NCBI GenBank assembly: GCA_025201805.1
Contig: MU619288.1
Span: 1 to 64,000, forward strand
Origin: Parasitella parasitica NRRL 2501
Lineage: Eukaryota > Fungi > Mucoromycota
Length of the DNA: 64,000 nucleotides
Direction: 5' to 3'
Positions within the stretch are counted from its first letter, which is position 1. The number at the start of each line of letters is the position of its first letter. The notes beneath the pieces were generated by a model that saw only the letters and a list, made by a program, of their open reading frames with translations, did not search any database and was not told where the DNA came from. Below are positions 23,057 through 36,359 of this stretch, piece by piece. The position numbers and the translations under genes were made by a program.

Positions 23057-23980
23057 TCATTTTGACATTTGACCAAAAATTGGTCAACTTGATAAAAAAA
23101 AAAAAAAAAAAAGATGGTGAATATACTCTCAAAAAGCTGGGCAAGTTGAATTCAAACACCTGGTCATTATTTTGGCAATTTACGAATGTCCAAAAGAATT
23201 CAAAAAAAAGAGTAGAAGCACAGTACTGTTTATTTGTTATGGTTTTGTAGGCAACAAATAATACTAAATGGGCTTTTCAATTCCGGGTACCGGCCTTGTA
23301 TATCACAGTAAATAGAATCAGTTACTTTGCTTGATTGTTTGTTATATGAGAATTTCGTTCAGGAGAAGAGGGGTAACTATAGCTATATGAGCAACCATCA
23401 AGTTCTATTCCCAATAAAGTGACTTGAGGCATTTTATATATTTTATACGATTGATTTTCTCGGAGATGTGGTCAAATTAGGTGTCTTTCAAAGTAACTGC
23501 ATTAATATTTTGAACATCTTAAATGGAAAAACAAGAAACAAAGAAAACGACCATGGCATATCTAAATTCTTTGCAGAATGATGTTATGCGTATGAACGTC
23601 GACGTGATATTATTATAACATACGGGTTCCAGCCCTGAGTCGCAATTACAGTCTTGTTTAGAATGAAGTTGTGTTCCAAATTGTTGGGAAAAATATAAGA
23701 AAATGTCGTAATTTGGTTGTGGGTTGTTGCTTGAAATATATTTTGCGGCGATGACTAAAAAATGCACTTGCCTGTCGTCATTTTTTCTTCATTGTACGTT
23801 AAGGCCATTTGTATAAAACTCGCCTCCTTACTTATATGATATAAAGGAATCAAGTAGAGCTTTAACAAAAAACAGTTTATAACTGAAAAAAAAATCTCTG
23901 TAAGCCTTCACCTTCTCAAAAAACATTTTATCAATATGAATTGTTCACCTTTCAAAAATGATACTTGGATGATAATTAAA

Positions 23981-24091
23981 ATGACGTAAGGGGTTGCCTG
24001 TATAGCCAATCACCGTGAAGTGCTACGCCAAAATGCTACAAATTATCTGGGGTTCAAGATCGACAGTTTCCTAAACGTAAAACATATAAAA
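23981..24091 (+). promoter_or_regulatory. CRE/ATF-like site (ATGACGTAA, 23981), CCAAT (24006) and TATA (24085) upstream of the ecl1-like gene
   Basis: Ordered, canonically spaced motifs. Confidence 0.5.
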
Positions 24092-24166
24092 GGAACCTCA
24101 ATCTGTCGCATTCTCGTACGTTAACTTTTTCTTTATCTTGAAAAAAAATAGTGTATGCCCTAAAAA

Positions 24167-24622
24167 ATGATATGCGATACAAATTGGTGTACCTTCTGTG
24201 ATAATGCCATTAGTCCTTACTCTGATTCCCTCTATTGCTCAGAGGAGTGCCTACGTCAAGACGCTCTGATGCATCATCCGATGCTTGGTTATGACTACGC
24301 AGATCTTGAAGGATTTCCGCATAGCAGAAAAATGCCATCACTTGTTGGAAGAAAATCATCTGTTCCTGCTTCATCCATCAACGGCAGCAATAATGATTTC
24401 ATTCAATTACAAAAAATCCCATCCTTGTCACCGTCATTGTCATCGTCAATTTCCTCCTACTCTTCAAATCATCTTTGTGATACAACTTCGAATATAGACA
24501 AAAGCAATAGCAACGATAACTTTGCTTCTAATGTCACCTACTTTCACCCAAAACTACGGAGCAAAATTTCCTCATCTATTCCTTTCATGGAACAGTTAAA
24601 TCAAGCATTACTTCAATCTTAA
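24167..24622 (+). CDS. Ecl1/2/3-family (life-span regulatory factor) small zinc-binding protein
   Basis: DTNWCTFCDNAI..SLYCSEECLRQD followed by a Ser-rich PSLSPS tail. Confidence 0.8.
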   Translation: MICDTNWCTFCDNAISPYSDSLYCSEECLRQDALMHHPMLGYDYADLEGFPHSRKMPSLVGRKSSVPASSINGSNNDFIQLQKIPSLSPSLSSSISSYSSNHLCDTTSNIDKSNSNDNFASNVTYFHPKLRSKISSSIPFMEQLNQALLQS

Positions 24623-26253
24623 AGAGCTCTTATTTGTTGACATTCGATCATATTACACATCATTTCATGCCATATATAAAAAAATCTCACACACAGACAC
24701 AGACACAATATTCATTAACATATAGCATATCTCTCCTTTTTTTTATTTTTTTTTATTTTTATTAAACTGTAAATACTAAAACTCTAAAAGAAGGCTAGTG
24801 AAACTTATGATGAAATTCTTCTAGGCAATTTCAGTTGAAATTTATAAATTATAAGACGTTAGTGTCATGTTAATTGAGTCATCATCACTAAGGAAGAAAC
24901 TGTTCTAGTGCCTTGAATTAGAACGCAACGAGATTTAGCCGAGATGTATCAAATCTGCAATAAATATAGATTGAACCGGGAACTGAGTTGTGCGTAGCTT
25001 TAAATTATCAACAACAAATATTCAGCCATGGCAAATTATTTCTGTTGCCATAGCGACCAATTGTCATGCAAAACACTTGAATCTCTCTTGGTATAAAGGA
25101 GAATAATGGGTCAAACAGAAATGAATCGATATCTGACAAGACAATCAATACAACATGGATCAACTTCTAAGGAGAAATACATAGCAAAGGAGGAATGGGG
25201 AAGAATCATTTTCTGTCCTGTAAGATGCGTGTTTAAAATTAAGGAGAAGGTGATCGCATTCGTAACGAGGAGAAGGAGGCTGAGAAGAAAGCGAGGGAGT
25301 GCCTCTATACCGTACATATTATTTTTGTGGCCATCTATTCGCGCAGATCAAGCTAATTTACGAGAAGCTTTCAAAACGATTAATAAATTGTAAGCTCATT
25401 CTAATTGAACATTATAGCTATCCATAGCAGATTAGTACTTACAGAAATGTAATCATTTAGAGTGTAAGGCTGCGATGTATATTATAAAATAATTATTGCA
25501 TTAGCCTTCCTTTGGACAGCTCAATAGTGCAGCGGCGCTTCCTCGTAAATTTCGTCGTACGTTTTATGTCATAATAGGTTTGTTTTAGCAAGACACATGT
25601 GTATTTTTATCTCTTCGAATTCAGGTAAAAATTGGTTTTATATATGCCATTACGTTATTCACTCAGCTCAGTCTTATTTTTAGCTTCAAGCATCAAAATG
25701 CAAATGTGTTTATCTATATACTCAATTGAAGTTGGGCGCAGCTTTTAGTATTTGGATGTTTTCACATAATGGAACAAAAGAAGGAACTATGACTTTGTGT
25801 CCCTTGCCCGTATCCAACTCTCCTTGAAAACACAACTTTTTTTTTATTTTATTTATAAGATAATAAACTAACAAAGCCTGAATAATAATAGCAGTTTCCG
25901 TTAAATGTGTTGTCCCAAATCAGTGACATTATTTTACAAAGTTACAGAGTACAAATGTTAAAAATAAATAGTTATAAAGTAGCACCGATGTAACAAACGA
26001 ATCCCAGCTTATTAACCAAGCTTGTTTATGCCGAGTGTAACTGCAGGTATTGTTGCAAATGAAGCAGTAGCCCACAAGCTGGTTGCCTGTTTTGTCTACT
26101 TCGTCTTGCATGCTTGTAAAAAAAAAAAAAAAAAAACCAGCTTATAAAGCCAATTCTCGAAAAACCTCATCCCTTTGATTTCTTCTTTTTATCTCGTAAA
26201 TTGTACATTTACTCTTGATATTTATTAATTGACCTTCCTTTAATACAACGATT

Positions 26254-27228
26254 ATGGTTTCATTCAAGACATTCCTCGCTACATCAGTTACTCTCATTCT
26301 CGCATTTGCCAGTGTGGAAGCTGCTGTTTCGCCTACCTATCCTTCTCCTGGGACAATTCAAATTGAAGGCCAATCCTATGATATTACTTGGAGTAAGCTA
26401 AACTATGTTAGCTACTGAGATCTATTCATTAAATGAACAATTGGTTATTTAGCTTTCGACGGAAAGGATCCCAAAGTCACCTATACTATTGGTACATATT
26501 ACAAGAGAATTTTACCAGAATTAACTTCTAACAAACAAATTTTATAGATTTCATGACAGGCTCAAATGATGTTCAAACTAAATTGGAAACTGTAGCCACT
26601 GTAAATTGTCATTATCATGCCATGTCAATCAAAGAGCTAACGAATATTTTATAACGTAGAATGTATCTGCCAGTGCTTTGAAATATACTTTTGTTACCCC
26701 TCAAGTAACACCTAATTCTGCAATCTATTTCTTTATGTTCACAAGTACAGTCTATAATCGCACAAGTCAAGTTAGAGTCATACTGACGATTTATTTCTAG
26801 GTTCTGATGGTGTCGCTTCCTGGACTACTCGTTTTGGTATTGCAGGTGCTGACGGTAAGCTTACCAAGGAGACTGAAAGCACTCAACCTAACGGTGATGC
26901 TATTCCTTGGGGTACTGGTAAGCTCATCAGTAGCGATGCCGCGGCTAATGCCACCAATGCTTCATCAAATGTACCTGCCACGGCTGCTGCTTCTTCCACT
27001 GCTGCTGCAGCCTCTTCAGCTTCTTCATCCGCAACCGGTGCCACCGATGTTGCTGTCTCCGTTGCCTCTTCCAGTGTTGTTGATTCAGATGTGGCTAAAT
27101 CTTCGCCAAACGCTCCCGTCCCCTCTGCCGCCCAAATTGTTTCTAAAAAGGACGCCAACAGCGGCTCCATGGTTAAACCGGCTCTTACTTTGGTTTCGGC
27201 TGCTGTCGCTGCCTACCTAAGTCTCTAG
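26254..27228 (+). CDS. Secreted, probably GPI-anchored Ser/Thr/Ala-rich cell-surface protein (Kre9/Knh1-like N-domain), 5 exons
   Basis: Signal peptide MVSFKTFLATSVTLILAFASVEA; PTYPSPG..YDITW..IDFMTGSN..IYFFMF..WTTRFGI; S/A-rich stalk; NSG omega-like site followed by a hydrophobic tail. Confidence 0.85.
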
Positions 27229-27875
27229 ATCTTGATCCTCTAACTTATTGTAACAACCCTACTATTATATCTCTTTTATTAAATCCCTGTATTTTTTTTA
27301 TAATATTTTTATAATTTTATTTGTGTCTATATCAAGACAATGTGGCATAAGTGTTATGTCTTCACAGCCACACTGCATTGTCAACAATAAACATTCCAAT
27401 AATAGACCAAGCTTTCTTGGGTCATTAGCATTGAAAAACATGAGGTTTAAAGGTGATACCGTACAACATTTGATCTGTGAAATCAAAACCTTGTGCTTCT
27501 TTGAGAATATTAAATTTTATAAATTTAACCCATACTGAGCTGATATATACTCATTGGCAATTTATCAGTGAGCTAATGATATAAAAAAAATAAATAGCAC
27601 AATAAAGAGGTGCAAAGTTTTGAAACGCTAAAGGTAGAATTAAAAACTTTGATTTTCGAGAGATTTTGTTTGCGCCTTGTCAATAAGCAGGCAACAGGAT
27701 TACATGTTGAGCGAAAATTATAAAAATGCAAGTTTATTTGAAATTAAAAGTATAAATATTATATGGGATTAAGATTTTCAAGGAAGTAATGATCTCTATC
27801 TATCTGTTCTATGCAGTAAAGTGTTCAAGTGTTTGCCAACGATCGGGTATATTTAATGTACTTGAGAAAAACTTT

Positions 27876-28139
27876 TTAAGCGCCAGTGTTGGTGGTATCA
27901 ATGCCATGATTATTACTGAATTTACAACCCATAGGGTCATAATAGTGACCGACAACGTCGGGATAATTACCACATCGCATGGGATCACGACTGTAAGCAC
28001 TACTGACAATGGAAGGCGCAGGAGACGCATAGCTGCTATAAAGTGAATTGGCGGGAGTAGATCTTTCGTCTTCTTCTTGAATTTGTTTTTGGGCAAATGC
28101 CTTTTTGATAAGCTTGGAGAGATGCATATGGAGACCCAT
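27876..28139 (-). CDS. Small hypothetical protein (87 aa)
   Basis: ACAATGG start context, TATATAAG about 62 bp upstream, flanked by non-coding DNA. Confidence 0.55.
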   Translation of the reverse strand: MGLHMHLSKLIKKAFAQKQIQEEDERSTPANSLYSSYASPAPSIVSSAYSRDPMRCGNYPDVVGHYYDPMGCKFSNNHGIDTTNTGA

Positions 28140-28743
28140 TGTTATACGTATGTTTGTAAATTTGAGAAAAAAAAGAGGGTGTTTCGTTCAATCTCGAGTC
28201 CTTATATAGCGTAAAATATTCTGTCAAAACTGTTAGCCGTGCTTTCCGTACTTTTCCCTAATCATGTTATAATTGGCTCAAACACCCTATTAACTGTCTA
28301 TATTTAGTAATCCTCGGACGTAGAAGATAATACGACACGCTTCAAAAGTGATTTACATCGGATCTGATCCTCATATCGAGGTAAAAGGCCCATTAGCGTC
28401 ATATGTGATCAATGAAGAGCCTTTATACCCATCCAATATAGCTGAGAAGACCTCTAACGCTCTTCAGAAATTTGCTAAGGACCACTTTTCATAGCTTGAA
28501 TAGTGTATTTTTTTGTTAGTAGTTTGATATATTTCTTCAATTTTGTATATTCCTGTTAAGGCATTATTTTTTTTGATCCCAAGGAATACTGAAATAGATT
28601 ATTCTCTTTAGAACTTGGCCAAAGGATAAACGTATATGCTCGACAAATATAATATATTTTTATTGGACAATCATGCTGAGGATTTTTTGGTATTGGTTAA
28701 ATATGCTATGATACAATGAATTTGGATATACACGGAATAATGT

Positions 28744-29926
28744 TTAGACTGTTGATGCAACTGGAACTGCTGCTGCCGGTGGGGGCGGGAGAGCACCTGC
28801 TCTTTGCAACCAGTTAGGTCTCCAAAGAACTGGCATAGCAGGCATGTATCTTCCAAAAGGCTGTTTAGTTATGTATCGAGGATCATTTCGAGTTGACATG
28901 ACCAGAGAATGTTGCATTCGAATATGCTTCAAGATTGTCTTGTAAGAAAAATAATCACAGCCACATATTTACAATGCTTACCTCTGAATGATGGCCAATA
29001 ACCTGAACTACAAAAAATACAATAAACGATATCACGATACAAGCCTGCATAATGTAGACACCACGATACATTTTGTACTCATGTTCTATATTCAATTGTG
29101 TTAATGAATCATGAACCATGAACCATACGTTATCCGATCTCTTACCATGATTTCTGTCTAGTGTTGTAGTAAGGCAATAATTAAAGCCAGTATGAAAGTA
29201 TATGTCTAATCCCATGAAAACAATGTAAGAGCCACCGAGTGCTGCTCCCAACTGGTGCCAGAAACACGAATAAAGCGATAAAATCATAAAGACCACGACA
29301 AGTACAGTGAGCAAGATAGCTCTTCCAGAATTTGATGTAATTGATAAATTATCCTTCCAGCCCAAAATCCACAGACCTATTGTGAGACCTCCGAAACCAC
29401 CGATCAACATGAGGTATAACTGGATCGTAACTGACATACACGTAGTTACCACTATTCCCACTATAAATGGTACAATAAAGTATATAGTTTCACGATTCTG
29501 CCCATAAGTTTGTTCAGGTTCAAAATTTGCGAGCATAATCCAGGTAACAAATCCCATGGTTATGAAACCTGCTAACTCTTGTGTACGAGTGCCAGCAGCG
29601 GTTTTATCCCACACCGGACGACATGCAAGTAATAAACCACATACAATCATGACAATGCCCCCCAAAACACCCTGGATACTTAGATTGTATCCATCATCTA
29701 GGTTTGAAGAGTAGATAAGTACACAATATGTATAATTGACAGGCAAGTTGCATCTACCTAAATTGATGGCTTTGTCTGGCAAATATAATACGCCTGGCTT
29801 AAATGTGGGTGTATCGACTGCTGGGGCTGCACTACAGCACTGAGCTACAAATACCAAGATTAACGTCAACAATATTTGCAGCATGCTGGCTGTTGTTGAT
29901 GCTGACAGGATATTTCTTGGAGGCAT
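28744..29926 (-). CDS. Multi-pass membrane protein, DUF4203 / TM7S3-TMEM198-like, 3 exons
   Basis: Signal peptide, 6-7 TM segments, GGFGGL..GLWILGW, ALGGSY.VFMGLD.YF..G. Two short GT-AG introns lead to a Pro-rich tail. Confidence 0.75.
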
Positions 29927-30733
29927 TTTTCGAAGAGAAAGGAAAAAGAAGGATTTGCAGCAGACATTCTATATAAAAAGGAAGCTTATAAACAATAATA
30001 ACAACATTTGAATCAAAAAAGTCAAGGTATAATAATAACCCTAAATAGGCAATTGTCAAAGCCTTGTTGTACGCCCTGTTTTTACTATACTAAAAGGAAT
30101 GTTTTGATTGTAAAGACCAGAAATAGTAGCTTTTTCGTTCGATCGACACCACCCCATGTCCACTGCCTTCTGAACGTATGCAGCTTTCACTCCTTTTTTT
30201 TTAAAAAAAAAAGAAAAAGAAAAGTACCCCAGATATTCTACCATATGTGGAGGCATCGACAAACAATAAAACAAGACATGCATAGACAGGATAACCAGAT
30301 ATTATGTTTCATACTTGACCATCTCTCACGTCTAGAATCAAAAAAACTTAGTAGATGAGGACTTTGTAGCAATATAATGATGGCCCCAATATCGTTACTG
30401 TTACAAGTGTTGCTGATCTTGTTGAGTTTACAATAGGAAACAAACTTGCTGCTCGACGGCATAAACGATAAGCAATGTCCGAAAAGATCTGTATGCCATC
30501 ATGACCTTGACTCTTGCACACAAATACACAGAAACTACCCCGAAAATAAGTATTTTTTACCTTTTTTTTTTTTTATTACTATTTCCTTTGCTTGTATCAG
30601 TATATATGTATATGTGATTGTGTGATATTGTTGATTGTGGAGGTGAGGGCGAGGGTGAGGGCGAGAAAGTGTATTTTTGTGTAAATGTGTATAATTTCAA
30701 ATTCTGAGGAGCATATATAATCCTTTCATGAAC

Positions 30734-32002
30734 TCATTGAACATCTTGCATGTGTGTATCATCTTGAGACTTTGATTTTGTATGTTGAGGATCAATGAAA
30801 AGAGTTTTCCAGCTTCTCATTAAATGCTGACAGCGATCCTTGATCACGGTATCGTCCTCAAATGGGTAGGAGCAGGCAGCTTTTACAACTTTACCAATCT
30901 TAGTATCCTAAAAGTGCGAATTAAGTGTTTGTCCCCCTCCCGTACTCTCCCTCTCCCGTATACACTTACTTTAAGAACGTTATAGGTCATTGGTGCCTCT
31001 TCGATCTCTTTGATGATTTGCAATATCTTGGGATAATCCTCATGTGGAATTTCACCCTAAGAATGAGGGTAAATTTCCTCTTTTTCCAGCGAGAACACAC
31101 ACAACCCAGACATACCTCTTTCTTGTTGTATACTAATCTTTGCAACTTGTGTCTAATATGATACATTTTCTTATATTCTGGTGATTTCTTGTTATCATCT
31201 TTTGAGGGATCATGAGTGATGGGAGATTCGTGGCCTTCTTCTTTTTCAAGTGACATGGATTTACGCTTCAAATAAAAATAGATTTTAGAACCCACAAACA
31301 ATACAAAAGAAAAGCACACTACTTACTCTTCTCTTTCTATCCAAACTATCGCCAACAGCAGTGTCGCCTACAGCATCTTCCTCGTCTCCCAACGCTAGCT
31401 TACGACTTTTTCTTTTTTGCGCTGCTGATTCCACTGTATTTACCTTTCGTTTTGTCGGCTTACCATTTGCCACCGGCTTCTTCCTGTTAGCCACTGGCGT
31501 TGATGCCTTTTTTCCCTTCCCTTTCTTCACCTCTTCCTCATCTTCCTCTGCATCTTCACCGTCTTTATCTTCAAGCATTTGCGCTACCACAGAAGGATTC
31601 AGCGCTTGACGTACTGCCATTTCCAAGTCTTTTGTTTTGAACTTCTTTGCTTTGAGGTCATTTTCGACATGTTCATTATCAAAAGGCCTAATAGCATCAG
31701 GACCAAAAAATCCACTGAACCAAAATAATCAGCACCTGCTTCTTGCTTTGTTTATAAGAGACTTACTAATCTCTTGAGCCATAAAAAAACACGGTATACA
31801 AAGCGTTCTTTGTCTTGCTCTTTTGCTTCAGTACTTTGGCTGGCACATTTGAATCCACTTCGATCTGTAAACTATTTGTAAATACATTTGGTTATGGTAA
31901 GGTAGCCTTCTTAATTACCCTGGCTGGCCACCAAGGATATCCTTTCAGCTTTGCGAATACAGTTGTTCCAGGTAAATACTCTGTTCGTCCTTGTTGACGC
32001 AT
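30734..32002 (-). CDS. PWWP-domain chromatin reader with C-terminal TFIIS-N/IBD-like helical domain, multi-exon
   Basis: VFAKLKGYPWWPAR..YTVFFYGSRDY; C-terminal IRHKLQRL..LKDTKIGKVVK..IKDRCQHLMRSWK. Confidence 0.88.
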
Positions 32003-34562
32003 GGTTTTATATAGTTTCTCTGTAACGACTCGTTTTTTTTTTTTTTTTCTTTTTTTTTTTTGGCTTGGGTTAATGATTGATAGAAGCAGAACGGTGAAAA
32101 GAAGAAAGGTGAAAATGCGCGTTTAGCTGCAAAGAAAGAAAGAAGGAAGAAATGTGGTAATCCAAACACTAAAAAAATATGGGAATTTTTTTTCAAACCA
32201 TCATATGATTTGCCGTCTTAATCTGGTTCAATTAGCTGCATTTCATTGCTTGCTTTTTCGCCTGGCTTGACAGCACCGACATTTGATTGCTGGGCTTTAG
32301 TTTTTTTAGGATTAGAGTCCATCCTGCTTTATTCTGTCAAAAAAAAACATTCCCCAAAAGCATCGTTTTTAAACGGAAAAATCGATGGTGGGGCGTGAAA
32401 ATGTGTGGTTTTATTTATGTCTTTTAGTGATGGTAGTACGAAATCAATTACAAGATAAATAATACAGAAAGACATGTTTTATTCGACAAGTAAAAGTCAT
32501 ACATATGATTTGCTTAATCTTGTTCTATTTACAGCGTATGGAACAGGCAGAGTGAGAGGCTAATGTTAATCTTGTTTCTTTTTTTTTTTTTTTTTTTTTG
32601 CTCTCACTTATTTTTCTGCTTGTTTGAAGATTGATGTTTATTTATAGCATTCTCAAAATGACGACATTTCTTCCAAATTCCATGCTTTTCATTATTCCAT
32701 GGAGGCATCTCTTGACAGATCAAATAGCCTAATATGTCACTATGCACTTTTGACAGCTTTGAATTTATTTTCTCCTTGGCGATACCGGAAGAAGTATCCT
32801 TACACTGTCAAAGACAGCCCCCCCCCAAGTCTCAAGCAGAGCTGTGATAGCCGGTAGCCAACAAATTGTTATAATCCTTGCATTTCCACGAATTTTTCTT
32901 TTACAGAATTTTGGTAAGACTAGAAAGGTTCAGCAGATATCAATATTGTTAATAAGCCTGTGTTGAACTTTCACTGGGTGAGCTGATGTTCCAATTTTCT
33001 ATGTTTTTATTTGTATCTTTTATACCTCTTTTGCTTTTTTGGCACGGCTGGGGTTTGTGGTGATGATGTCTGGGCTTCTGCTTGTGCTGGCGCTGGTGAT
33101 TGTCGGTTTGTATTCTGTAATTGAAGAAAAGAACGGGAAAGCATACAAGTAACTCATTACTTGTTTATAATAGTCTTCTGTATCAAGTACTTGAATTTTT
33201 TTTGTTACAATCTGCTGGTAATAGACAATAATATGCTTGTATTGAAGAGAATTTGCTTTCGCTTGAAAGTAGATTGAAGATGCTTTGTGTGTGTGTCTGC
33301 TTGATCTTTGGACTTGGAAGCTTATCCTAAAGCATCAACAAACGCTTGCTCTGTTATAGTATTGCTTACCACAAACTTTCTATTAATAAGCGAGTTAGTT
33401 AGAGATCAATATTGTCCTTCTCTCCCAGTGTGTATGAGGTCCTTTTCTTTCGTCCTATATTGGATTGTCTTGGTTTCTGGCTTGCATTATATCTTGACTC
33501 GATTGACATTATAAACTGATTTGGCTCCCTTTTAATGTCAAAATTACCCTGTGGTGTTCATCGTTGGTATGTATTGAAATCCCAAGTATATATCGAACAC
33601 GCTAGACATTGTAACAAGGTCTCACTAAGAATACTATTGGAAACAGAAGAGCTTTTGTTGTTATTGGAACACGGTCGATATCATTATTGCTGACAGTAAG
33701 GTGATGTTGAGATTTTTATCGATATAAACTTGACCAAGTTTTGCGTTAATTTATGAGGTTATTGTCGTCTATTTGATGGAAGTCAAGGCTAGGCAAAGAG
33801 TGTCTACAGTTCGATATTAAACGACTTGAAAGGAGAGAGAAAAGCATATGATTGCAAAGTTAGAAAGTCTAATAAACGTTTAATGCTTGAAACGGCATCT
33901 TCAACGCACTTCTCAGCCTGTTAAGAAAGAGCAATAAACAAAAGCATAACTAGTGTCTCTTTATAGAAAGTTACAATTAAGCACATCATGATAAAGTTGG
34001 GAATCTTTATTTGGACGAATTTTTATAAGCTCAAACGATTTACCTGATAGAAGATATGAGAACTGTGATGCTCTGTGAATAGGAAGGTAATGAACGAGGT
34101 GGGAGTACTTTGAGACTGCGGACACCAGTTTTATTATGCAAAAGCTCGAGCGAGAATTCTATTCTACAGCTGATAGATGTCATATACAAACAAGGGTGGC
34201 AATTGAAGATTATAAATGGCTTTGTTATTTGGCCGACAAAAAAGCTTGCCGCCTAAAATGCTTTTTTTTTTTTTTTTTTTTTGGCTTGTCCAAGTATTTT
34301 TCGGCTAGTCGCCCAGGTGTTTATTTTTTTGGTTTCTGAGTGAAAGACAGAAATTTGTCGCCCAAAAAAGCAATATTCAAACTTGGTGCTAAGCATCAAA
34401 ACAAAATTTCGAAAACACCAATGATTTGCCAGCACTGTACACTCACAACTTATTGATACACTATTATAAAGGTAGCCGCGCTGGTGCGAGTCGAGGAACG
34501 TGAATGTGGACAGATAGAATTTTTTCATGTGGCCCGCGACTCTTTTCTTGTACGGACGATAG

Positions 34563-35405
34563 ATGATGAATACAGTGCTTACCATATTAATTTTCATAGC
34601 ATTTGTATACCTAGGAAATGCACTGCCTGTGCAAATCAGCAACGAATTATCTTCAGAGCACGCTTATCGCTGGCCTTCTTTGCTCAGTGCTCCAATGGTC
34701 AAGTTGCTAGGCGATGTTTGTTACGAAAGTCTATTCGAAGAATTTAATATGGATGTTCCTTGCTTCAAGCTACTCATCTCGAAAGGGCTCGGAATAGGCA
34801 TTGTTATTGGAGGAGCCGTCGTAAAGATACCTCAGATCGCAACCATTCTCAAGCATCGTTCAGCACAAGGTTTATCGTTGACATCGTTTTTATTAGAAAC
34901 GTGCGCTTATCAGATTGTCATGGTGTACAACATGCGATTACATAACCCATTTAGTACTTATGGTGAAGTTCTATTCATGACGTTACAAAATATCGCTATT
35001 TGCATGCTGATTGTTTGGTATACCAGAGAAAGACATCTTTCTGGAGTTACGTGCCTTGGGTTTATCTGCATTTTTGCAATGCTGGTACTTGTGCCTAGCT
35101 GGTGTATGGCGCTTTTGTACGCGTTGCAGATACCTATTGGATTAGCAAGCAAAATTCCTCAGATTCGAGCCAATTATTTGAATCAGTCTACAGGGCAACT
35201 GAGCGTATTTGCGGTTCTAAATTACTTTGCGGGAACAACAGCACGAGCATTTACGACATGGGCTGAATTAAACGACCTCGTTATGTTGGGAGGTAATCTG
35301 TTAGCAAGCATACTAAATGGCATTTTGGTGTTACAGCTGATTATATATTGGAAAAAGCAGCCGTTGTCAGCTAATAATGGTAGTGAATGGACCAAAGCAG
35401 ATTAA
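34563..35405 (+). CDS. MPDU1: Mannose-P-dolichol utilization defect 1 (PQ-loop) protein
   Basis: LISKGLGIGIV.GG.VVKIPQI..SAQGLS..PFSTYGE..KIPQI..NY..STGQLS..ARAFTT. Confidence 0.92.
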   Translation: MMNTVLTILIFIAFVYLGNALPVQISNELSSEHAYRWPSLLSAPMVKLLGDVCYESLFEEFNMDVPCFKLLISKGLGIGIVIGGAVVKIPQIATILKHRSAQGLSLTSFLLETCAYQIVMVYNMRLHNPFSTYGEVLFMTLQNIAICMLIVWYTRERHLSGVTCLGFICIFAMLVLVPSWCMALLYALQIPIGLASKIPQIRANYLNQSTGQLSVFAVLNYFAGTTARAFTTWAELNDLVMLGGNLLASILNGILVLQLIIYWKKQPLSANNGSEWTKAD

Positions 35406-35577
35406 GAAGGCTTCCTGATCTTCCTTTTACCTGGTCTTTTGGGGGATTGTGTGATTACAAGAGAGGAGCGGCAAATCTCAAGCTGGCCTTGAACGTGAAA
35501 GAAGCTTACAAACCGTTTCTATAAATTTGTACAAAAAAAAGATTTTCTATTCTCAGTTTTTTCCGTAAATTAAACAA

Positions 35578-36359
35578 ATGTTACCACAACTTTTTTATAA
35601 AAAGCCAATTCAATTAGCTTCCTTTACCTCTTTTTTAAAACGTAATAAATTTGCTACCATGAGTCCTGCTGTGGAACAAGAACAACAACGGCCCGAGATC
35701 TCTGTCGAAGAGCAAATTAGACTCGCTGAAATTGAAAGAGATGATCTGGACATTGTCAAGATCAACCGTGCTGACCCTGCCATTATTGAATATGAAGCTT
35801 ACAGCCATTCATCTGAAAGCGAAAAGAAGCACTCTTTGACTGTTTCCGTAAGTAAGATAGACAAAGTCGGCTGGAAACCATGTATTAATTCAGGCACATT
35901 TAGACTTTGAGAGGTCCCGGTATGATCATTGTACCTCCTGTCATGTTCTACAACAAGACATACACAGAATTGACTTCTGTTCTCCATCTTGGCAAAAACA
36001 TTTGTGGCCACGATGGAATTATTCATGGCGGTTTGGCCGCCACAATCCTTGATGAAGCTTTGGCTTGTGTCGTAAGTATATTTGGCACGGTGTTGTGATT
36101 CAATCTTTTGACACATTTTCCCATATAGGCAGTCCCTGCGTTGCCCAATATGTTTGGTTTCACTGCCAACCTCAACATTAACTATAGAAAACCTATCATG
36201 TCAAATCAATGGGTTGTTATGAAATCCAAGTTGGATAAGAGCGAAGATCGCAAAGCATATGTTTCTGCCTGGATCGAGAGTTTAGATGGTAAAACTGTCT
36301 TTACTGAAGCAACTTCCTTGTACGTTTCTCCCAAAATGCCTGTCAAGAAACCCGAATAA
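35578..36359 (+). CDS. Hotdog-fold acyl-CoA thioesterase (THEM4/Fmp10-like), 3 exons
   Basis: HLGKNICGHDGIIHGGLAATILDE, FTANLNINYRKP, EATSLYVSPK. Basic N-terminal presequence. Confidence 0.9.

Noticed and set aside
32650-33200. Coding-like decayed sequence on the minus strand (possible retroelement ORF1 relic)
   Set aside because: Too degenerate; no diagnostic motif recovered.
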